Source of the DNA: Camelus dromedarius
Lineage: Eukaryota
DNA: 64,000 nucleotides
Direction: 5' to 3'
NCBI RefSeq assembly: GCF_036321535.1
Contig: NC_087436.1
Span: 96,226,001 to 96,290,000, forward strand
The notes beneath the pieces were generated by a model, which saw only the letters and a program-made list of their open reading frames with translations, was not told the origin of the DNA and searched no databases. The position numbers and the translations under genes are program-made. Positions within the stretch are counted from its first letter, which is position 1. The number at the start of each line of letters is the position of its first letter. Of this stretch, positions 24,294 to 35,272 are shown one piece after another.

Positions 24294-24620
24294 TTTTTTT
24301 AAATTGAAGTTTAGTCAGTTTCCAGTGTTGTGTCAATTTCTGGTGTACAGCATGTTTCAGTCATACATATACATACATATATTTGGTTTCATATTCTTTT
24401 TCATTATAGGTTGCTATGAGATATTGAAATAGCTCCCTGTGCATACAGTATGAACTTGTTGTTTATCTGGTTTTGTGAGGATTTTCCTTTATTTCTGATT
24501 GTAAGAGATATTCTGCCAAAGTTCAGTAAGTATTCTGTGAGAATGGTTCTGTATGTATTCATTTGACGTGGGAGAGGGTGAGCTACCTTTCCTTCCACTT
24601 TATCTTGGCAAGCTCTCCTC
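24294..24620 (-). mobile_element. Short L1 derivative: L1 5' terminus fused directly to L1 3'UTR end
   Basis: Minus strand reads GGAGAGCTTGCCAAGATAAAGTGGAAGGAAAGGTAGCTCACCCTCTCCCAC..ATTCTCACAGAATACTTACTGAAC (L1 5'UTR start), then ..CAAAACCAG|ATAAACAACAAG..CCAGAAATTGACACAACA..CTTCAATTTAAAAAAA. Confidence 0.75.
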
Positions 24621-24884
24621 TAAAAAAAAGCTTTTAATGTAATCATCATGCTATTATTATGCTCAAAAGAATCGTATAATTTATCAACTTAAGTCTACCT
24701 TCAGTCCATATTTAGATTTCACCAGTTTCAAAAAATTTTTTTGTGTGTGGTTGCAGCTTTTTAAAATCAAGATCCAGATAAAGTCTATATATTGCATTGG
24801 GGTTTGTCTGCCTTTTAAACCTATTTTCTTCTGTAACATCCTGGTCCTCTCTCATGTCACTGATGGGTGGTTTGTCCTATAGAC

Positions 24885-25045
24885 CAGTAGTTTTCAACGT
24901 GTGGACCCACAGCTTCGGCATCTCCTGGGAACATGCGAGAAATACAAATTTCTCAGGCCCCACCAGTCCTACTGAAGCAGACACTGGGAATGCAGCCCAG
25001 AGAGCTGTGTTTTAACAAGCTCTCCAGGATCTCACCTGCATGGCT
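24885..25045 (+). mobile_element. MER5A
   Basis: cagtagttttcaacgtgtgg..catctcctgggaac..agaaatacaaatttctcaggcccca..tttaacaagctctccagg. Confidence 0.8.
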
Positions 25046-25953
25046 CTTACTGACTAGCTCACATCCTGGAAGGCTGAATGCCACCTTCTGTTTCCATTTC
25101 ACTTCTCCAATTGGATTTCCTATAAACTAGCAATTAGATTTAGAGTCTTGATTACATTCAGGTTCAGTTTGTGTGTGTGTATGTTTTTTTTAGGCAACAA
25201 TACTTCACAGATGATGCTGCACTTTCCTACCGCATCATATCCTGGGGCATGTAATCTCTGACCTGATGTTAGCGCTGCTGAGACAGCCCAGTGCTCGGGT
25301 GGCATCCACCTGTTCTTCGGAGTGGTTTTACCAACCACTGCCAATTTGTTGTCTAGACTTACTATTTCCTTTGGGATCGTGAGATGAGGATGTCTAATAT
25401 CGTACACTCTGCGTTAATTAATCATTTGCAGCCCCTTTTTGTTGTTGCTTATGTGAGACCATGACAGCCTCCATGGCATAGTCAGTTTAAAAGTAGCGTG
25501 AATTTAAAAAATAAATAAGTAAAAATAAATAAAAGTAGTGTGAATTAACATGATTCTTTGATAACAAATTTAAAATTTTTTTCTAGAATTTTTTGATAAT
25601 AGACTCTTGATTTACATGACTTGCATTTGCTTAGGAAGCACTCATTTCATTAGTGAAGAAATTACAATTTAACTGTTTTGAAACTGGGTTCTGGTTTTGA
25701 ATCAATTGCTGTCTACCTGGGTGCCTGTGGTAAGCCAAACAGGCTGCTCAACCAAGATCTGTTCAGTAGATTTGTGTTTAAATGCCTCGCCCCCAATTTA
25801 TTCTATGATGACAATAATATTCTTTATCATATAATAATCCTATCTGCCTGACAAGGATTTTAAAACATTTTGAGATAATGTATGTCAGAGTACTTTGGGT
25901 GAAATTATAAAAATGTGTCTCTTTGACCTGACTCTTTAACCTATGAGATAGAG

Positions 25954-26270
25954 CAATGTTTCTCAAACTTTGACAGTGATCTACAGTAAGCAGCCTATTT
26001 TACATTGTGATCTTGTTGAAACACAAACATGCACACACTTCTTAGAAATGGAAAATCTGTCTTTACCCCAGACCTATGGAATCAGACATTCTGGGAGTGA
26101 GTCCAGTGTTTCACCAATAATTGTTAACTGTATTACCTGCAATCCACCTTGATGCCTTTATTTTTTTGTTCTCTTCAGTTCTATTCCACTGAAAATTGCT
26201 GGTGGTAATCCACTAGATTAGAATGATTTCATGATCCACTATTAGACTGCAACTCACATTTTCAAAAATG
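25954..26270. mobile_element. hAT-Charlie-type relic
   Basis: caatgtttctcaaact start, tgatttcatgatccacta..ttttcaaaaat end; MER5-like internal patch. Confidence 0.5.
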
Positions 26271-27265
26271 TGTAATCCTTCAAAGAAAACCCTCTTCTAC
26301 ATGGTTCTAAACTCACTCTCCACAAGATTCCTTCATTCTTATCATTTGGTTGCCTAAATACAAGTGCCCCTGATCTCAGGCATATAGAACCAACTGTGAT
26401 GCAAGATGGTGCTGTTAAAAAATAAGTATAAAATGGATTCATAGAAGTGAGTGCCATTGACGTGAACTAGAGTCACAGGGGAAGACTTTACACTGAGGAT
26501 AGGAATTTGTTTATTTATTTATCACTTAAGTGAAGGGGAAGGTGTAATAAATGAAGGGCAAGATTCTTGCCCTTTCTGAGGTTACAGGCTGGATGAGACG
26601 GGACATGGGACAGGCAAGCAGACTTGAGGGGACCAAGAGCCTGGGAGTGTCAGTTGGGGCTCACAGACCACTGAGAAGATGGAAATAATTAGAAGATTGA
26701 GTGTAGTTGAAGAAGGAAGCAAAACTTGAATTGGCCCCTGATGGTTAAAAAGAATTTAAATGGACAAATTGAGGGGAAGGGTGGGAAAGGACCTTCCAGA
26801 TGGAGTTAGCAGCTTCCTCCTGTAATGCTTGCTGTTGTGAATGAGAAGGGTGCTTTTAAGAGGCAACTAGAAGCCTGGCAATAATAACAGCAAAGCTTTT
26901 ATTTCTATCAGTAGTAATATCACTTACTATGAAGTTATGAGTTAGGTCTTATTATTCCCCAGGCTGAGAATGTCTATAGCAAGTGTATGGCAGAACAAGG
27001 ATCTGAGCTCAAGTTTCCAGAACTTCAAGTTCATAGTCCTGTCCGCTGTGCTCTGGAGCGTGACTGGGACAGAGCACACATGTTAAGAGCCAGCAGTCAA
27101 TGGTAGGTAATGTTTTTTAAGAATGGGTGGCTCAAGTGAGGACCTAATTCTACAGGCTTCTGATTATCATGACTTGGTCAGACACTAGATGTCAAAAGTT
27201 ACTGAAAAAGGAACTGTTAACATTTGTGAATGAAAAATTATTAGGGCTACTAACAGTGATATTCT

Positions 27266-27514
27266 GTTTTTCAAATTGAAGCCTAGTCGACTTATAATGT
27301 TACGTTAGTTTCAGGAGTACAGTGTAGTGATTTGATACTTTTGTACATTACATACCACATATTACAATGTCATTGACTCTGTTCCTCCTGCTGTACATTA
27401 CATTTCTGTGACTTACACATTTTATAACTGGTAGTTTGTATCTCTTAATCCTCTTCACCTGTTTCACCCATCACCCTCTTGCCCCTCCTCTCTGGCAACT
27501 GCTAGTTTGTTCTC
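27266..27514 (-). mobile_element. 5'-truncated L1 3'UTR
   Basis: aattgaag..tagtttcaggagtacag..ctctggcaactgctagtttgttctc; 16-bp TSD ctaacagtgatattct (27250-27265) / ctaacagtgacatcct (27515-27530). Confidence 0.9.
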
Positions 27515-27929
27515 CTAACAGTGACATCCTTATATTCATTCTGATATACATCTCTGAAGCAGAGTTCCACAAGTGGCCCATGACCTGAAACTTACCTCTT
27601 TTATGCTACAGGCATAAGAATACCTGGGTCTGCACACAGGAATGTTTCACAAATGTGAACCCCATCTTGGGTGTGTGTATTAGAAAAACAAGTAGAAAGT
27701 AACTTCTATAGGATATCAAAGATGATCTATACATTTTAGCTTTGCCTTAGAGAGAATTTGAACTTTGAATTGGGTCTAAAGTGACCTCAACCTTGGAGAA
27801 GTCATCTCCCCTGGGGAAAATGGATAACTTCGAGGAGTTTGCTTCCCCTTGGAATAGGCCCACTAAAGTCCTGGCTTATAGTTGGGTAGTTTTTTTGATG
27901 TCCCTAGATTTTGCATGTATGACTGATTC

Positions 27930-28225
27930 AGTCATCCTAAATTCAGACATCAGTTCACATGTCACCTCCTCAGTTAGACCTTTGAGCTAAATTAGCCAAA
28001 TACCTATTACAATACCTTGCGATACTGTTTCTAATTATATTTTATCACTAGCTAAAAAGACCTTTAAAAAATTCATTTATTTTCTTGTTCATTATCTGTT
28101 TCCTCCTCTATTACAAGCTCCAAGGAAGCAGGGTCCTCACCTGTCTTGTTTATGACCATATTCTCATGCCTAGAAGAGTGCCTGGTACATAATAAAGGTT
28201 CAGTAAATACTGTTGGGTGAACAGA
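27930..28225 (+). mobile_element. L2 3' end
   Basis: atgtcacctcctcag..aagctccaaggaagcaggg..cctagaagagtgcctggtacat..cagtaaatactgttgg. Confidence 0.8.
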
Positions 28226-28699
28226 TGGCAGCTCTCAGAAGTGGTGTGCTGTGGGCTTAGCAAGCTTCCTTGTGCTTTTTCTTTCAGTAAACTTGGTTCT
28301 TGGTGATTCTGTGGAAAGACTGGGAAGAAGTGAACAGCCTAATCTTCTCTCCCAGGGGGTTAATTACTTGGATTGAGAACTTTCATCCATCAAGAAATCA
28401 TTTAAGTAATATTACAGAAGAAGAAAATGTCTTATAAAAAAGAGCTAACATTCTTTTCTTCCCTGTAATACCTCTGGGATTATCCATTTGGTTAATTCAG
28501 TGCATAAACATCTAATTTTGGTAAATTACCATATTTTTCACTGGGAAGGATTTTTAAAAATGAAAAGGACATTGTCCCTTATCTCAGGCACAAACAACTA
28601 GCCACCGTGGAAAGCAGTGTTGTAATAAAAGTGTAAAACGGGTGCCCAGAGGTGGGTGCCATTGATTTGAACTGGAAGCACACTGTGGACAAGAATTTC

Positions 28700-29360
28700 A
28701 ATAAGCAAAAAAAGACACTGCAGATGGGGAAATGGCAAGAGGTCTGAAGGTGGGCAGTGATGCTCAAGGAATGGTAGGCAGTCTTACAAGCTGGAAAGAG
28801 AAGTGTGTAGAAGCCAGACTGAAAAGGAAAGCAGAGTCTTGAGGTGGATTGTGGAGGACTTTGAGATTCACATTAAGAATATTTTTTCTAATTCTTTTTG
28901 GATACCACTGGGTTTTTGAGTAGGGGACCAACAAAGTCACATAGGTCTTTTAACAAGGTAATTTTGTTACCTTGTAAACAGGTGTAAAATGCCGAGAAGA
29001 AAAAGGCTGCAGCTGGAGGGACTAGTTAAGAGTCCAAGTGAAAGAAAACGAGAGTCTGAACCTGCTTGGTGTCCAAAGTAATAGAATGAGAATGGCGGAT
29101 GGGAGAGACTCTGTGAGTTTGTAAGCCACGTAGAGATATTAGTAGACAGGGAGGGATTGAAGAAAGAACGGTCGCTGGCAGAGAAGATCCTGAGCAAAGT
29201 GGGCCACATGGAGGTAAGGAGATATTTTGAGGTGGAGATGAGTAGGGGTGGTCAGGGGTTTATGGTGGATGAGCTCTTTTTCTCAGTGAGGAGGCAAAGG
29301 AGATCTCTTGCCAAGGAGGAGAGAGAGCAGATAAGTTTTGTGATTGGCTGAGTGAAAAGG
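28700..29360 (-). mobile_element. L2 fragment
   Basis: Purine-rich ggacttt..ttaagaat..ccactgggtttttgagtagggga..gactagttaagag pattern of antisense L2. Confidence 0.5.
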
Positions 29361-30308
29361 AGCTATTAACATGAAATATACATAGTGGGCTCTTCCAGCA
29401 GTTGTGGTCCCTCATATAACGAGTGATTTATTGATACTTATTTATATATATTTAAAAAATTGAGTGTTAGTCTCACTTGCTCTGCTTGGCAAATATCAGT
29501 ACTTTGTACAAAATGACTACACAACATCAATTAATAATAGCACAGGTCACCGAATCCTTAATGCTCCTTCTTGCCAAGCAAATCCTGTTTAAGTTCACTT
29601 TTAAGTATAACTGTAGGAACCATATCTCTATATATATATATAAAATCATTGTTCTTTAGGGAAAGGCTATCTGGATTTTCCAAGCCTCATTTCAAGAAAT
29701 GAAATTCATTGAGATTAAAACGTACGCACTCTGCGTTTCGCTTATAATGCACTCATAGTCACAATGAAGCAAAACACTCCATCTCTCCATCACGGTGTCC
29801 ATAAAACACCCATTTGTCAGCCACTTGTCAAGAGCAGTACACAAGGCAACTAGTCACAAAGTTGAAATGAAGTCTGAGAATTCTGAGTCGGCTTTCTAAA
29901 CCTTGGCAAGAATCAAGGCTATTTTTATTTTTAAAATGGCCCTTCTAAGCGCATGGATGATGACTAGGAACTCTGCCTCTTGAGAGGGGGAAATACACGC
30001 CATCACTCCCCCTTTCTGACTAAGGCTGGGCCACTCCTCTCCATGCAGTTTGGTTAACAGCCAGAGGCAAATGGAAAAATACGTGCTGCACAGCAAGCCT
30101 GGGGCCCCGAAACACAATTCGGGAAGGTAATTTTTCTTTATTTTCCCACTGGAAGGATTGCCGGGGGAAACTGAGCTGTTAGCTCTGTGCTTCTTCATTA
30201 CTTAAGATATATAGGACAGATCAGAACATTTGGAAACTAACAGTAGGAGTCTTAGAGTGAATGGAAAACCAAACTAATGAGAAGGGATTTTAAAAGAAGC
30301 AATTTACC

Positions 30309-30480
30309 GCAGGGAACTATATTCAATACCTTGTGATAGTCCATAATGAAAAAGAATATGAAAAAGGAATACATATGTGTCTGTATGTCTGTATGTATAA
30401 CTGAATCACTATGCTGTACACCAGTAACGAACACAATATTGTAAATTGACTATATTTCAATTTAAAAAGAAGAAAAAAAG
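30309..30480 (+). mobile_element. 5'-truncated L1 3'UTR
   Basis: cagggaactatattcaatacc..aactgaatcactatgctgtacacc..A tail; 14-bp TSD agaagcaatttacc at 30295-30308 and 30481-30494. Confidence 0.93.
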
Positions 30481-30525
30481 AGAAGCAATTTACCCACGTG
30501 TATCTGTTGAGATTTAATTGATTTC

Positions 30526-31036
30526 TGTTGACTGGAAAACAAAAAAAAAAGGCACAGCCTGAAAGCTGAGAATTATGTTTTATTTGGCAGACTTTCTCAG
30601 GACTTCAAGCCCAAGAGGCGGTTTATCAGGTAGATGTGAGGGACTGCTCCAAAGAGGTAAGGGAGGAGCCAGGATCTATGGGGGGGTTTTGCAACAAAGG
30701 CCAGGTAGTTAGACCATCAAAAGATGACTCTTAAATAAAGAAAACCAGATATCTCAGGTTAAGGAATTTAGCAGTTTTCTGTGTATGGGAAGATGTAAGA
30801 ATCTGGGCTCCCTGAAATCGTTCCTTTGATATGCACCTAGCCTCCTGGGGCCAATATCCTGTTCTTTCCCATCCTGAGTCCCCTGAGGATGCACCGCTGG
30901 GGGCAGCTGCAGTGGCTGAGGGCTTGGCAGCTCCATCCTGAGTTCCCTCAGGGCTCACAGTTGGAGCGGTAGTAGTGGCCGGATGGCTGCAACATCCTTT
31001 GTTTACTGATATGTCAGGCAACATTTTTCATTTACA
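30526..31036 (-). mobile_element. ERV1 solo LTR, MER41-like (laurasiatherian type)
   Basis: TG..CA termini, perfect 4-bp TSD tttc (30522-30525, 31037-31040), AATAAA on minus strand (30584-30579), internal ~64-bp imperfect tandem repeat. Confidence 0.85.
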
Positions 31037-31173
31037 TTTCCAAGGTTGCTGAAGCTTTCAAGTTTTGACAAGGGGATGCAGTCTGCAATCTGGCTTAGCT
31101 CCAGTTACCTGCTGCTCACTGATTAAGAAAACGGGGGAGGAAAAAAAAAAGCTTGAGAAAGGAAAGCCTGGGG

Positions 31174-31355
31174 CAGTGGTGCTGAATTGAAGCATGCATA
31201 TGAATCACCTGAGGGCTTGTTCAAACACAGTGAGGCTGGGCCCCACCCTAGTTTCTGATTCCATTGGTCTGGGGTGAGACCATAGGATCTGTATCTCCAA
31301 GCAGCCCCCAGTGATACAGTTACAGCTGGTATGGGACCATACTTGGAGCAGCAGC
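31174..31355 (-). mobile_element. MER5A
   Basis: gaatcacctgagggcttgtt..gctgggccccaccc.agtttctgattc..ggtctggggtgaga..gggaccatacttggag. Confidence 0.8.
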
Positions 31356-32509
31356 AGTAAAATTACAATCCTGAGTAAAAGCATGGAGACAGGACTTTAC
31401 AGAAAGGATAAAGGAATTGAGTTTATTCTGGAGAAAGAGGATGAAAAGGCAAGCTAGCTTACCAACCTGAAGGACTGGGTCAGAAATTCACTTCATACTC
31501 ACAATAGGCAGAATTGGAGGAGCGAGGAGAGCTATTGTAAGGTTAGGCAGAAGGGAAATACTTAGCCACCACAATTAAATAATAGATTCTTCAAATCAGT
31601 GATCTAAAAGGGGAATCTTTCATCATTTTAGTTCAAAAATATTAACTCTAAGATTTGTATCTCATGAAATGAGTACATTTGAAAGCAACAAAAAACAGAC
31701 ATTGATTTTAAAACACTTATGTTAGCCAAGACTTTGGAATTAAAAAAAAAAAAAAAAGAATCTGGTGTAAGGAGTTCATGATGGGTGAGCCCAGGTCTCC
31801 TCCTACTGTTTTCCTGAAGTCAGATGACAGCTAGAGGCTTAAACAAGTGAGTCCTAAGGCCTGAGCCACCCATTAAATGGAAATGTGATTGGCCCTGCCT
31901 GTGAAAAAAACTGTCTGAGGGGGGTTGTGTGGGAAAATTACAAAGACAAACATCTCATTGACCTTCATATGTGTACATCTTCTGCTTTGTCTTGAAAATG
32001 CAATTGAAGACACAAGCTGTCATTAAAAAAAAAAAAAAAGACATAGGCTGGGTTCCTTTCACAATTCAATATTATAAAATTTGTATCTTTCTCCATGAAC
32101 TGTCTTGATTCTTTTTTATCAAGTGATGAAAGATGTGAAATGTGCTATGTTCCTCTTTTGGTCACAGCAGCCAGGAACCCCAGAGCTAAGTTTTCTGTTC
32201 AAGTCCAGCAGCTTGTCTTGCAATGCTTTTCTGACACAGTTGACTCTCCCTAGCCCCTTATTTCTTGGCCATTATTATTTTTTTTTTTTTGGCCTCATTT
32301 CATGTTAAAAAAAAGCCCCAAACAATAACTAGTTCTTTCTTTTAATATAAATTTCTGTCAAAACCTTTTTGGTGTAGACATTGTTACATATAATGAATTA
32401 AAAATATATAATCCTATTTAGCCACAAATAAATATTTGTAAAATACATAAAAATCTCTGTATATAAAGATAAAGCTGACCCTCAGGCACGATATTCTTTC
32501 TGGAGGCCG

Positions 32510-32740
32510 TAACACTGTGGTAAAGAATATGGGCTTTGAAGCCTGTCCTTGCTCCACTGTCTGACCCTAGATTCATTATAGAACCTCTGTAAGCCTCAGG
32601 TCTCTCATCTGTAAAATGGCCTTAATTACAGCACCAATCTCCAAGTCTCCTTGGGAGAACTAATTAGTACTTTGAATAAAGTACTTTGAGCAGTGCCTGG
32701 ACCACAGGAAATACTTAGTAAATGTTAGGTATTTCAGTGA
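32510..32740 (+). mobile_element. MIR
   Basis: aacctctgtaagcctcaggtctctcatctgtaaaatgg..cagtgcctgg..tagtaaatgttag. Confidence 0.78.
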
Positions 32741-33620
32741 GAAACAGTGGTGATGAGACTGTGAGACCCACTCAATTGTAGAATTAAATGGTACCATTTA
32801 ATCACAGATTCACATTTCTAGGCCATGAGTGCTCTGGTTTTAATTTGAACTTAATTTGAAAGATGTGTTTCCACCAAATGAGTGCTGGTGATGAGAACCT
32901 TCTATGGCGGTGGCGTAGCCAGTGCAGAACCAGGGGCAGCAGACAGAGCAACAGCAAGACACAGCTCCGCAGAGAGAGGGAGAGACTGTTCCCAGGGAAA
33001 CAGGTTGCCAGGGGCAAGCATTTGGCAATGGGCTCCCGAGAAATGCAATTTCCTTGAACTGCATCAAATGAAAATAGTCTGTTCTCACAGTGAACTTTAA
33101 GCAAGTGTGAAGTGAACCTGAGAATGTTGATGAATTAGAAATAAGGGTTCTGAAATCACCCTTGCTCCAGCATGGGCTACTTTATGGCAAGAACAATATG
33201 GTCACACAAGACTAGACAGTAAGTGTGTGGCTGACACAAGAGGAAATCTGGAGTTGAGCATGATAGATTTAATTTCCTATTTTTGGGAAAACAATTTGGA
33301 AACGAATGTCACAGTCAGATGGATAGTGTACGTGGCTGTATAAAATTATATGCCAGATAATTATAAACCATTCTCGTTTTATCACATGTGTTGCTCTCGG
33401 GTAGTTCTTCTGATTTCTTTATAAAGTTCTGAGTTGAAGAACTGTTCCAGGTGCTGGTAAACAGAGGTTTACAGTGGATAGAATCCACTGCCACTGGAGA
33501 TGAGATCATGGTGTCTAGAGTGAGCAAAAAAGTTATATGAGTCTTTGTAGAACTGCTGTAAAATGTTAAATAGGGCTGTATTAATCAGGGTTCTCCAAAG
33601 AAACTTCTAGAACCAACAGG

Positions 33621-33621
<1 letters not shown>

Positions 33622-33658
<37 letters not shown>
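33622..33658. repeat. (TG)18 microsatellite inside MLT2
   Basis: Direct read. Confidence 0.95.
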
Positions 33659-33659
<1 letters not shown>

Positions 33660-33948
33660 TATCTGTCTATCTCTCTATATACTTTAGGAATTGGCTTACA
33701 TGATGTGGGGGCTGGCAAGCCTGTAATTTGCAGGATGGGTTAGTAGGCTGGAGACCCAGGGAAGAGTTGATTGTTACAGCTTGAGTCTGAAGGCATCTGC
33801 AGGCAGAATTCCTCCTTCCTCAGAGGACCAGTCTTTTATTTTAAAAGGCTTCAACTGGTTGAAGCCCACCCACATTATGAAGGGTAATCTCCTTTACTCA
33901 AAGTTTGCTGATTTAAATGTTAATCTCACCTAAAAATACCCTCACTGT

Positions 33949-35272
33949 CAAGAATTACAATGGAGAAAAACAGTCTCTTCAATAAACAGAGTTGGAAAAA
34001 CTGGACAGCTACATGTAAAAGAATGAAATTAGAACATTCTCCAACACCATATACAAAAATAAGCTCAGAATGAATTAAAGACCTTAATGGAAGACCAGAT
34101 ACTATAAAACTTCTAGAGGGAAACATAGGCAGGACACTCTTTGACATAAATCGCAGCAATATTTTTTTGGATCTGTCTCCTAAAGTAAAGGAAATAAGAG
34201 CAAAAATAACAAATGGGACCTAATTAAACTTAAAAGATTTTGCAGAATAAAAGAAACCATTGACAAAATGAAAAGACAACCTACTGAATGGGAGAAAATA
34301 TTTGCAAGTGATATGACTGATAAGGGATTAATATACAACATAGATAAAAGTTCATAGAATTCAACATCAAAAAAAAAAAAAACCCAATTAAGAAATAGGC
34401 AGAAGAACTGAATAGACATTTTCCCAAAGGGGAAATGCAAATGGCCAACAGGCACATGAAAAGATGCTCAATATTGCTAATTATCAGGGAAATGCAAAGC
34501 AAAACTCAGTGAAATATCACCTCCCACCTATTAGAATGGCTGTCATCAAAAAGAACACAAATAACAAATGTTGGAAGATGTGAAGAAAAGAACTCTCATA
34601 CACTGTTTGTGGGAACGCAAATTGGTGCAGCCACTGAGGAAAACAGTATGGTTGTTTCTCAAAAAATTAAAAATAGACTACATATGACCCAGGAGTTCCA
34701 CTCTTGGGTATATATCAGAAAAAACAAAAACACTAATTTGAAAGATACATGCACCCCAATGTTCACTGCAGCACTATTTACAATAGCCAAGACATGAAAG
34801 CAATCTGAGTGTCCATCAACAGATGACTGGATAAAGAAGATGTGGTACACACACACACACGCACATGCACACGCACACACAGCCACACAGGAATACTACT
34901 CAGCCATAAACAAAGAATGACATTTTGCCATTTGCAGCAATATGGCTGGACTTGGAGGGTATTATGCTAATTGAAATAAGTCAGACAGAGAAAGACAAAC
35001 ACTGTATGATCTCACTTATAGATGGAAACTTAAAAAATATAACAAACTAGTGGATATAATAAAAAAGAAGCAGACTCAGATATAGAGAACAAACTAGTGG
35101 TTACCAGTGAGGGGCGCAATGTAGGATGGGGGAATGGACTGTACAAACTATTGGGTATAAGATGGGCTTAGGAATGTATTGTACAACATGAGGAATATAG
35201 CCAATATTTTGTAATAACTGTAAATGGGAAGTAACCTTTAAAAACCCTATAAAATTTTTTTAAAAATTAAAA
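33949..35272 (+). mobile_element. 5'-truncated L1 (~1.3 kb; ORF2 C-terminal part + 3'UTR)
   Basis: cagtctcttcaataaa..ggaaaactggacagctacatg..gaaataagtcagacagagaaagacaaa..; TSD core cctcactgt at 33940-33948 and 35279-35287. Confidence 0.93.

Larger units (their letters stand above)
24090..25400 (-). mobile_element. Old L1MC-type 3' region hosting a younger L1 derivative and MER5A
   Basis: cagtccatatttagattt..aatcaagatccagataaagtctatatattgcattgg..gattacattcaggttcagttt..ggcaacaatacttcacagatgatgctg. Confidence 0.65.

Noticed and set aside
33926..34886. Hydrophobic ORFs on the minus strand
   Set aside because: Antisense reading of an A-rich L1.
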